DNA of 14,252 nt from Candidatus Sigynarchaeum calidifontis (GCA_030587475.2 JAUQYZ020000162.1:1-14252); one strand, 5' to 3'. Positions 1 through 7,554 are shown, numbered from the stretch's first letter. A program made the numbers and translations. The notes: a model not told the origin generated them from the sequence alone.

Positions 1-1246
1 CGGCATCCATCGCTTTTTTCGCAGCATCGAAAGTGGCACGAGCTATCTCGAGATCCTTTATCAATGCGGATTTTTGCTCGTTGCTTCGTTGTAGGTCCTC
101 TATTTGCGCATCGAGCGACTTGATCCTGTTTTTTTGCTCGAAGTATTTTTCTTGGTAAAAGGACAGGTCCTTGTTGGTCTTATCGAGAACCGCCTCGACA
201 CCGATACGTTTCTTCTCGCCGTCTTCGAGTTGCCGGGCCAGGGAGTCAACTTTGCTCGCCAATAACTGTCGTTCTTTTTTCAAGGCGGCGATTTCTTCCT
301 TGTACTCGTCGATGATCTGCTGCAACCTGCCCATGCCTTCTGACGTGTCAGACTCGACTTGCAGCAAGTCTTTTTTTTGCTTGTCGACAATGCTCTCGTA
401 CTCCTTGAGACGATAATGCAATTCATCGTTTTCCGATCGAACCGAATCAATCACGATCTTTGCCTTCGAGAGCTCTTCTTCCAGCTGTTGAATCTTGGAT
501 TCCAATTGGCTGATCTTGCTTTCACGCTGTGATAGCTGTTCCAACTTGGCTTGAACCTCACTACCAAGCCCGGTGTTCTCGCCAATAATGTCCACGACTT
601 GTTTCTTGAGTTCCTTTATACTTTCATCCATATCATTGATCTTTTGGGCTTGTTCAGAGATCAGCGCCTCCTTGGCGGATATGGTCGCGGCTTGCTCATC
701 CAGCTTCGACGTTGCCTCCATCAACTTCCCACGTACTGATTCCAATTCAGCTTTCATGCTGGCCAGATCCGCCCCGTTTTCCTCCCGGACGGCGATGATG
801 CTCTCCCTCGCCGCGGCGAGGTCTTTCAGCTTTGCCTCGAGGTTCGCGTTGACTTCTCTTTGCATCGCGAGCTTTTCGGCAAGATCCTTTATCTCAGCGC
901 TTTGAGGCGCCGCTGTTGATGCACCCGGAGGGGCAGATTGCGAAGCTATTTTTTCGAGCTGGTCGATCTTAGCCTTCAAGCGATCGAGATCGGTCGTCAA
1001 GCTGGCAATTTTGACCTCGCTCTCTTTGAGCACCCTTGCTTTCTCTTCCAATTGCTGGGTGAATAATAAATTCTCATGCTTCAAGTTCTTGATGATTTCA
1101 TCTTTATTTGGCGCTTTTTGAGGGCCATCCCCGTCGCCGCTTTCTTCCCAGCCCAACGCGATCAAGGTGCTCTGCATCAAGTCCTTTCCATCCCCATCCA
1201 GAGAAGAATCCTGTTCCTCGTCTCGTTTTTTCTTTTCGAGGCCCAT
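1..1246 (-). CDS. Long coiled-coil protein, 3'-truncated by the window edge (at least 415 aa); not in the supplied ORF track
   Basis: Manual translation from ATG at 1246 stays open to position 2: MGLEKKKRDEEQDSSLDGDGKDLMQSTLIALGWEESGDGDGPQKAPNKDEIIKNLKHENLLFTQQLEEKARVLKESEVKIASLTTDLDRLKAKIDQLEKIASQSAPPGASTAAPQSAEIKDLAEKL...LSQRESKISQLESKIQQLEEELSKAK...KSLDAQIEDLQRSNEQKSALIKDLEIARATFDAAKKAMDA. It is E/K/Q/L-rich with heptad periodicity and has no Pro after residue ~114. The short plus-strand ORFs here are its antisense shadows. Confidence 0.92.
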   Translation of the reverse strand, partial: MGLEKKKRDEEQDSSLDGDGKDLMQSTLIALGWEESGDGDGPQKAPNKDEIIKNLKHENLLFTQQLEEKARVLKESEVKIASLTTDLDRLKAKIDQLEKIASQSAPPGASTAAPQSAEIKDLAEKLAMQREVNANLEAKLKDLAAARESIIAVREENGADLASMKAELESVRGKLMEATSKLDEQAATISAKEALISEQAQKINDMDESIKELKKQVVDIIGENTGLGSEVQAKLEQLSQRESKISQLESKIQQLEEELSKAKIVIDSVRSENDELHYRLKEYESIVDKQKKDLLQVESDTSEGMGRLQQIIDEYKEEIAALKKERQLLASKVDSLARQLEDGEKKRIGVEAVLDKTNKDLSFYQEKYFEQKNRIKSLDAQIEDLQRSNEQKSALIKDLEIARATFDAAKKAMDA

Positions 1247-1434
1247 GTGCCGTCACGCGTTTCAACAATACTAACCGTAAGATAACAATCCATAGTAAAG
1301 AACTTCACCCGAACATCGATGTCGCCAGTGACGGCCGAGTTCACGAACAAGTAGATAAGTACCCGGCATGTATTTTTCCTTGAAACCGGCCGGTTCGTTC
1401 CTTCTCGTTAACGTTTCACCGAGTTGTGGTGCGT

Positions 1435-2469
1435 ATGCCCGAAGACCCATTTAAGGAGTTCAAGCCCATCATGCCGATCGATGAGATGCTTGAAACGACC
1501 TATAGTAAAGCAAATAAGCGGGCAGATAGCATCACGGACAAGCATGATAAAATCCGAGAAGTAAAAAAAAAAGAGATAAAGCGCATCCAGGTAGCGTATA
1601 AATACGTGATGGATTATTTTAAGGAAATCGTGAAGAGTGTCCCAGATCTCGACCAATTACCCCCGTTTTACTTTGACCTGGCACAAATCTTGGTCGATAA
1701 TGACTTGCTAAAGCAGAAGCTCGGCCGGATATCGGGAGTAATCAAGGTTCTCGAGCATCTCATGAAAGAACACGTCCGTTCCATCCCCCGCATGACCAAG
1801 GAGAATGATATCCGCGAGAGAAGGAAACAAGCATTTGGCCGAATGAAATCTGTTATCGACAAGCTTCGAGGCGACTTTGACTACTTGATGGCGGCCAGGG
1901 CCAAGCTGCGTTCGCTACCCGTGATTGATCCGGGAATACCAGCCGTCGTCATCGCGGGATATCCGAATGTTGGCAAATCTTCCCTCGTGAATAATCTCTG
2001 CGGCAGCAAGATCCGAGTGGCCTCCTATCCTTTCACCACCAAGGAAATTACCATCGGTCTCTATGACAAAGGTTTCGACCGCATCCAGTTCGTTGACACG
2101 CCTGGCATTCTTGATCGCCCGATGACCGAGAGAAACCAAATCGAGCGACAAGCCATCGCTGCAATGAAGCACCTGGCAAACGTGATAGCATTTCTCATGG
2201 ACCCAACACCAGATTGCGGCTATCCTGTCGATGTACAACTCGAGCTCTTGCGCGAAGTATCCAATTATTTTCCTACTATCGATCGAGTTATTGTTTTAGC
2301 CAAGAAAGACTTGATCGCGCAACGAGAACTCGATGAGATAATAGCCCGCCTTCAACGTCGTGGAGAAACTGCCATCGTGCCATACTCAGCCGTTTCGAGG
2401 GAAAACGAGGGGAAATTGCTCGCCGTGATAAAGGAAAAAGCAAGACCGTTTCTACGACGCGTAACATGA
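1435..2469 (+). CDS. nog1: NOG1-family (OBG/HflX-like) GTP-binding protein, large-subunit ribosome biogenesis GTPase
   Basis: An N-terminal helical NOG1 region (PDLDQLPPFYFDL...AFGRMKSV...LRSLPVID) is followed by G1 GYPNVGKS, G2 YPFTT, G3 DTPG with ILDRP..ERNQIERQAIAA, and LMDP..CGY. ATG at 1435 (MPEDPF) is preferred over the track's GTG at 1426. Confidence 0.93.
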   Translation: MPEDPFKEFKPIMPIDEMLETTYSKANKRADSITDKHDKIREVKKKEIKRIQVAYKYVMDYFKEIVKSVPDLDQLPPFYFDLAQILVDNDLLKQKLGRISGVIKVLEHLMKEHVRSIPRMTKENDIRERRKQAFGRMKSVIDKLRGDFDYLMAARAKLRSLPVIDPGIPAVVIAGYPNVGKSSLVNNLCGSKIRVASYPFTTKEITIGLYDKGFDRIQFVDTPGILDRPMTERNQIERQAIAAMKHLANVIAFLMDPTPDCGYPVDVQLELLREVSNYFPTIDRVIVLAKKDLIAQRELDEIIARLQRRGETAIVPYSAVSRENEGKLLAVIKEKARPFLRRVT

Positions 2470-2471
2470 GG
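2468..2471 (+). promoter_or_regulatory. Shine-Dalgarno-like GAGG for the radical SAM gene, overlapping the nog1 stop codon
   Basis: Sequence ...acaTGAGGatataaaaATG has GAGG 8 nt before ATG 2480. The intergenic gap is only 10 nt. Confidence 0.5.
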
Positions 2472-2479
2472 ATATAAAA

Positions 2480-3835
2480 ATGCATAACGCTGACAAGAAT
2501 ACGATCGTCCTCCAGTACGGGAAGCAGAACAAGTATTCCTGGGCCTCCGTGATCGCCCCGCTGGAAGCGCGTGGTATTTTCGAAAAATATAACATCGAGC
2601 TTGTCACCACCCGAGGAGATTTACTACCATTGCTCGAACGCGTGAAAACTAGCACTGCGAGATATCATTTCGTGTTTTACACGATTAACAGTTACCATTG
2701 CCATAAGATCTTCAAGAGTATCCAGCAAACAAGCGATTTCAGGGTTGAGAAGGGCCTGCACGGCAAATTGTACATACTCGCGGGTGGACCTCATGCGAAC
2801 GTGCGACCTGCCGACATACTCGCCGCGGGGGCAGATTATGTTTTTTCAAAGGAAAGCGAGATCGCTCTCGTTGATTTTTTCAATGAGTTTTTCGCTAATA
2901 CTAAAAAACAAACAAAATCCGCCCCTTGCAATACCTTTTTCACGCCTGACAACGTGCCTAATTGCTATTACGTGCATCCATCGACACGGCAAGTCATTTA
3001 CACTCACGACGCGGAATTGGTTAACCTGGACGATTATCCACCGATCGCGGTCGATCACCGCATGTTCCGACCGATCGAGATCACGCGCGGCTGCCCGCAC
3101 GGCTGTTATTTTTGCTTCACGCCCCAGATGTTTGGATATACATCCCGTCATCGAAGCATCGAGAACATTGCTTGCTGGATCGAGCGCGCGGTGCGGATGA
3201 AATACAAGCGGGTCTGGTTCATGGCACCGAACTCGTTCGCGTACGGCAGCAAAGGCAGCAAGCCGGAACCGGATGCCATCGAGCGCTTACTCAAGACAGT
3301 TCGCAAGATCAAGGGATTGGAGGAGATCTATTTCGGGACGTTTCCCTCGGAAGTGCGCCCGGAATTCGTAACAAACGCCGTTTTGGATGCAGTCCTGCCC
3401 AACGTTACAAATGACACCTTTGTTGTCGGTGCACAGTCCGCAAGCCCGGCGATCCTCAAATCAACACATAGGGGACATACTATCGAGGATGTATGGAGGT
3501 CAGTGGACATTATCACGGGATATGGCTGCAAGGTCGACATCGACATGATCTTCGGGCTGCCGGGCGAGACGCCCGATGATGAGGCAGCTAATATCGAGTT
3601 CATCAAGCAAGTCCTGGCAAGAAGCGGCACCAGGATCCACGGTCACGTGTTCATGCCCTTGCCTGGAACCGCGTTCGAGAATGAGAAACCGGGGACGATG
3701 TCACCCGAGCTGTTGAAAGTTATCGGGCGATATACGAAGGAAGGACGGGTATTTGGCCAGCACTTCGTGCAAGTGAAACGCGCGATCCGGCTTAGCAAGA
3801 TCAAGGAGAAACAGAACGTGAGATTACCCGGTTAG
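2480..3835 (+). CDS. B12-binding domain/radical SAM protein, MJ1487 (TIGR04013)-like family
   Basis: The N-terminal cobalamin-binding-like domain has ILAGGPHA. The CxxxCxxC motif lies in IEITRGCPHGCYFC. Family-typical motifs include RHRS, PNSFAYGS, FGTFPSEVRPE, GAQSAS..HRGH, DMIFGLPGET and HVFMPLPGT. Confidence 0.88.
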   Translation: MHNADKNTIVLQYGKQNKYSWASVIAPLEARGIFEKYNIELVTTRGDLLPLLERVKTSTARYHFVFYTINSYHCHKIFKSIQQTSDFRVEKGLHGKLYILAGGPHANVRPADILAAGADYVFSKESEIALVDFFNEFFANTKKQTKSAPCNTFFTPDNVPNCYYVHPSTRQVIYTHDAELVNLDDYPPIAVDHRMFRPIEITRGCPHGCYFCFTPQMFGYTSRHRSIENIACWIERAVRMKYKRVWFMAPNSFAYGSKGSKPEPDAIERLLKTVRKIKGLEEIYFGTFPSEVRPEFVTNAVLDAVLPNVTNDTFVVGAQSASPAILKSTHRGHTIEDVWRSVDIITGYGCKVDIDMIFGLPGETPDDEAANIEFIKQVLARSGTRIHGHVFMPLPGTAFENEKPGTMSPELLKVIGRYTKEGRVFGQHFVQVKRAIRLSKIKEKQNVRLPG

Positions 3836-4239
3836 GTTTCTATGCCTAGTTCGTCCCGCAAGATCCTTTGCTGCTCGAATTGCAGTTTTTTCTTCGACAC
3901 GATGCCGATCAATGTTCCCTCATCGTTCGTGATGCCGACGCGCAAGAGCGATTTTTTATTCATCAGCTCCAAAACCTCGAGTGCCGGCATGTCTTGAGGA
4001 ACGGTCACGATTTTTTCCATGAGATCCACGGGTTTCGCGAGCAATGGATTCTTGCCTTCGGCGATCAAGTCGAAGATAGCACGATCCGCGATGAAGCCTT
4101 GGATCTTTCCATCATTGCCGGTTAAGAAAACCGAACCGACGATACCCTCCTTCATGATCTTCGCGATGTCTTGTATTGATGCAGTCATCGGTTTTGTTAT
4201 GAGATCCGTCCTTGCAAACTCCAAAACCTTTTTCTTCAT
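3832..4239 (-). CDS. Stand-alone CBS domain pair (Bateman module) protein
   Basis: Two CBS repeats: ASIQDIAKIMKEGIVGSVFLTGNDGKIQGFIADRAI and MPALEVLELMNKKSLLRVGITNDEGTLIGIVSKKKL. Its TAA stop overlaps the radical SAM TAG stop within TTAG at 3832-3835. Confidence 0.88.
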   Translation of the reverse strand: MKKKVLEFARTDLITKPMTASIQDIAKIMKEGIVGSVFLTGNDGKIQGFIADRAIFDLIAEGKNPLLAKPVDLMEKIVTVPQDMPALEVLELMNKKSLLRVGITNDEGTLIGIVSKKKLQFEQQRILRDELGIET

Positions 4240-4299
4240 GGGACAAGTTCACACCCGGCCGCACGTTACGTGCAAACTGTGCAAAATACCTTTACCAGA

Positions 4300-4315
4300 C
4301 TATTAAAGGCTTGCC
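4300..4315 (-). promoter_or_regulatory. Putative archaeal BRE+TATA promoter of the CBS gene
   Basis: The minus strand reads GGCAAGCC-TTTAATAG, with the TATA box ~62 bp upstream of ATG 4239. It is nearly identical to the element upstream of the epimerase gene. Confidence 0.55.
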
Positions 4316-4468
4316 ATCGTCCCGATAGGCCCTTTGCCATTATCAATGATGTTCTAAAGGGGGGTCTTAGAGACGACGCCAAGCCCGTTAAGCTAAATAT
4401 ATCGTCTCGGCGGATGGTAAGCTGACTAAATTGCACCTTCTTGCATCGAATGCCAAGGCCAACATCCA

Positions 4469-5599
4469 ATGAATGCCATTCCCGACGACAAGCAGAGAAC
4501 GGTCGTGACGTGGTTCTTCAAGTACGTGGCATGGCCCTCCCTGCGGCACTTGATCGCCGACTTGTTCCCGCCCGGAGAGATTGCGGGGATTCGCGAAAGT
4601 CTCGAGAAGGTTTTTGTTGATAGCACTCGCCAAGAGATTAACGAACCGGATGGCAGGAGAAACCGCTTTATTGAATCGATCAACGGTAACACGAGAATTA
4701 GCACAGCGCCGGAATGGATCAAGAAGTTGCTTATCGGAATACTTGATGAATTTACGAAAATAGTAGCCCATTATTTTCAAAGTGCAACGCCGGAGAACGA
4801 GGACTTGATCGAATACGTTGAAAACGCCATGATCTTGTATTTATTCGACGCGATCTTCTGGAAGTTTCCACGTGATCAGCTTATAATGCATGGCAATCTT
4901 TCCGTGAATTCTTTAGCTGAAGTAAAGGAAAAACTGCTCGAACAGCTCCGTCGATATCTCGATGGTGACATCACGCTCAAGGAGGCGAAGCGCGCGGCGG
5001 CCAGCTTCTTGGAATCCATCGAACTCGATAATGACCTTTCCCACGAGATCATCTCGAGTTATATTGCCAATTTCTACGAGATCATTAACGGGCTCGATAT
5101 GTCTAGGTTGCACGCATTCATCGAAGATTTTACCCGATCGAGGGGCGAGTTTCTCGAGATGACCCACGAGCACGTGGCGGATGAAACGAGCAAGGAAATC
5201 GTTCTTCGCTGGTTCGAGCAAGACGTCGTGAGCTTGAGCATGAAATCCATCGCCGAGCTGTATCCCGAACTCACGAAAGAAGCGATCGACGATTGGAAAA
5301 CGGCCATCACCCGGGATCTCGAATTGGTTCTCCAGAACTTGTTGTCGTTCGATGATTTCGAAAAACGATTGATCGTGAGGTTGCGGTTGCCGAAGCTTGA
5401 ATTTGACATCGAAAAACCCGTGGATGAGAACAATTTCGAAGACCATTACATGCACATCGAGGACCGGGGTGGTGCATTGGAAACAATAATGGCAAGCGCC
5501 GAGTTAATCTATAAGGAAGCCTTGAAAGACGCCACCTTGAAGGATCTAGCGACCCGCATCGCAAGCAGGAAGGAGTCACTCGATAACTTGTACATGTAA
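4469..5599 (+). CDS. Hypothetical acidic alpha-helical protein with three divergent ~110-125 aa internal repeats
   Basis: 376-aa ORF with an ATG start, normal soluble-protein composition and no recognisable catalytic motif. A possible TATA (TAAATATA) lies at 4394-4401. Confidence 0.85.
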   Translation: MNAIPDDKQRTVVTWFFKYVAWPSLRHLIADLFPPGEIAGIRESLEKVFVDSTRQEINEPDGRRNRFIESINGNTRISTAPEWIKKLLIGILDEFTKIVAHYFQSATPENEDLIEYVENAMILYLFDAIFWKFPRDQLIMHGNLSVNSLAEVKEKLLEQLRRYLDGDITLKEAKRAAASFLESIELDNDLSHEIISSYIANFYEIINGLDMSRLHAFIEDFTRSRGEFLEMTHEHVADETSKEIVLRWFEQDVVSLSMKSIAELYPELTKEAIDDWKTAITRDLELVLQNLLSFDDFEKRLIVRLRLPKLEFDIEKPVDENNFEDHYMHIEDRGGALETIMASAELIYKEALKDATLKDLATRIASRKESLDNLYM

Positions 5600-5629
5600 C
5601 GAGTTGTCCCCCTGAATCGTGGCTACCGA

Positions 5630-6514
5630 TTATATCTTGCTCGCGATATCCTCGAGAAACTTAACCGACCGGATGTTTTCCTCGTCGAGATCCGGGATGT
5701 TTCCAATATCCATTGCAATATAGCCATTGTAATCGTATTTTTTCAAGACACGCAGCAACCCTTCCCAGTCGATGTTTCCCCTTCCGAGACCGAGGTGCCG
5801 GTTATCCCGGCCATCGTTATCGGACGCGTGGACGTAGAAGATCTTCTTGTTCAGCTTCTCGGCAGATACAGGAATGACTTCCTTCCCGCCGTTCAAATGT
5901 CCAGTATCGAGTACTGCCCCGAAATTGTCAGAATTGACCCAATCTATCAAGCGGAGTATAGCATCGCTATTGGCGATCGTTTCGCCGACCCGGGGTTCCA
6001 TGCAGAGCTTCAACCCGTGATCCCGCGCGATCTTGTCGCAAGCCTTGACAGAATCCACGAGGATCTTCCAGTGATGTTCCCACCGGAATGCAGGATCGAC
6101 CTCGACCTTCATCGAGAGACCGAATTTGATGCTATCCTTGTATGGCGCTTCGCCAGAGAACTTCAGCGGCGGCACGAAGGAATCAAGCTGGATCATTGGT
6201 GACCCGAGGAACACGGCGAGTTCGGCGCTCTTCTTGAAGAATTCGAGATGCTTTTCCCAATTTGGGCGTACGAGCGCTTCATTCACCGCGCAGAGGTCGA
6301 TGACCTTGAGATTCAAGGATTCGATCAAGTCTTTTAATTCTTTCTTGTGCTCCATCTGGGCTTTCATGTTTTCGTCCCGGATGGTTTCAAGCTCGATCGC
6401 CTTGTAGTTGAGCCGGGCCATGTCCTTGATGGCCGAATAAATCGCATCGATCTTGTTCACGTATTGGTATTTGCTGATCGCGTACAACCATGCACACGAG
6501 ATGTTGATTTTCAT
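5630..6514 (-). CDS. Sugar phosphate isomerase/epimerase, xylose isomerase-like TIM barrel (AP_endonuc_2 / IolE / ketose 3-epimerase superfamily)
   Basis: Motifs YKAIEL, HGLKLCMEP, FGAVLDTGH, IFYVHASDN, RHLGLGRGNIDW and YNGYIAMD match the E/D-H/H/acid metal-site pattern of the family. Confidence 0.9.
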   Translation of the reverse strand: MKINISCAWLYAISKYQYVNKIDAIYSAIKDMARLNYKAIELETIRDENMKAQMEHKKELKDLIESLNLKVIDLCAVNEALVRPNWEKHLEFFKKSAELAVFLGSPMIQLDSFVPPLKFSGEAPYKDSIKFGLSMKVEVDPAFRWEHHWKILVDSVKACDKIARDHGLKLCMEPRVGETIANSDAILRLIDWVNSDNFGAVLDTGHLNGGKEVIPVSAEKLNKKIFYVHASDNDGRDNRHLGLGRGNIDWEGLLRVLKKYDYNGYIAMDIGNIPDLDEENIRSVKFLEDIASKI

Positions 6515-6576
6515 GCCGATCTACTCTTATACATGGCGCTGGATCCGCCACTCGCAAGCATTGTTTCCGCGGGGAG

Positions 6577-6591
6577 CTATTAAACCTTGCC
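6577..6591 (-). promoter_or_regulatory. Putative archaeal BRE+TATA promoter of the epimerase gene
   Basis: The minus strand reads GGCAAGG-TTTAATAG, with the TATA box ~64 bp upstream of ATG 6514. It matches the element at 4300-4315. Confidence 0.55.
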
Positions 6592-6726
6592 GGCTCGCCC
6601 GGGCTAATATCGTGGTTAACTATAAAAATCTACCACGCTTAGGTGAATTGGTGTACTGGTTGAACTCCACCAGTCTTGGGAATTGAGGCTGCGACATCGG
6701 GTTTACGAACCCTTGTTCTCGACTCC

Positions 6727-6733
6727 GGAGGAG
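6727..6733 (+). promoter_or_regulatory. Shine-Dalgarno GGAGGAG for the TPR gene
   Basis: GGAGGAG lies 8 nt before an in-frame TTG at 6742, immediately before the first TPR helix. Confidence 0.6.
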
Positions 6734-6741
6734 ATAATTCC

Positions 6742-7554
6742 TTGGCGATCAAATTCGTGCAACGTGGAATCAAGAAATACCTCAAGGAACGGTGGGAAGA
6801 GGCCGAGGACGAGTTCGTGAAGGCCGTGGAAACGAACGACATTTCCGCAAAAGGATGGTATTATCTCGGCATGTGCCGAGTCAAACAGAACGACACGGAC
6901 GGGGCGAATGTTTGTTTTAAAAAAGCCATCGCCGCGGCAAAAATGCAAGAACCCGAGGACATAGACACCCAGCGGAACGCGTTACTCGAACTGGCAATGA
7001 TCGAGATGAAAGGAGAGCAGTTCATCGCTGCCATGGGGTATTTAAAAAGGATACTCCAGATGAATTTCAAGGACAGCGACCTGCGTGGTACCGTATGGGG
7101 CATTCTCGGCGAGATCTATGAAGTCTTGAAAAAAAAGGAGTACGCGCTATTTTGCTATCGCCAGAGCCAAAAACTCGGGAGTCGCAAGTATCGAAAACAA
7201 ATTTCTCAACTAGAGGACGAGGGCGTGCGTGCGGACGATCCAGATGACAAGGAAAGCCCATCTCTCATCAAGCGCAAGGCAGACATCTTGTTCAACCAGC
7301 AAAAATATCCAGACGCGGTCAAGACATATCTCGAAGCCGTGAAGCTAAATAACCAGAAGAAGGTTTTGTCAGATATCGATCACGCCGAGGTCATCATGAA
7401 GATCGCGTATTCCTATATCAACGTGCAAGATTTTAACAACGCGAAGGTTTATTTGCAAGAAGCAAAGCGACTCTATACCAAGCTCAAGAAAGATGAAGAC
7501 ATCAAGGTCATCGATTCGACATTGAACAAGTTAAACTCGCTAATGGCCATGTAA
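6742..7554 (+). CDS. Tetratricopeptide repeat (TPR) protein, about 6 repeats (4 + linker + 2)
   Basis: TPR consensus units include AKGWYYLGMCRVKQNDTDGANVCFKKAI, GTVWGILGEIYEVLKKKEYALFCYRQS, SLIKRKADILFNQQKYPDAVKTYLEAV and AEVIMKIAYSYINVQDFNNAKVYLQEA. The start is placed at TTG 6742 (270 aa) because of the SD; the track uses TTG 6676. Confidence 0.9.
   Translation: MAIKFVQRGIKKYLKERWEEAEDEFVKAVETNDISAKGWYYLGMCRVKQNDTDGANVCFKKAIAAAKMQEPEDIDTQRNALLELAMIEMKGEQFIAAMGYLKRILQMNFKDSDLRGTVWGILGEIYEVLKKKEYALFCYRQSQKLGSRKYRKQISQLEDEGVRADDPDDKESPSLIKRKADILFNQQKYPDAVKTYLEAVKLNNQKKVLSDIDHAEVIMKIAYSYINVQDFNNAKVYLQEAKRLYTKLKKDEDIKVIDSTLNKLNSLMAM

Noticed and set aside
1-1246. SMC/Rad50 annotation for the coiled-coil protein
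   Set aside because: The N-terminus has no Walker A or ABC-ATPase head, so any similarity would reflect generic coiled-coil composition.
171-1383. Short plus-strand ORFs of 62-110 aa
   Set aside because: They are S/F/L-rich antisense shadows of the E/K-rich coiled-coil gene on the minus strand.
2467-2469. Selenocysteine read-through of the nog1 TGA
   Set aside because: The GTPase is complete at this point, the next gene starts 10 nt later in another frame with its own SD, and no SECIS-like element is evident.
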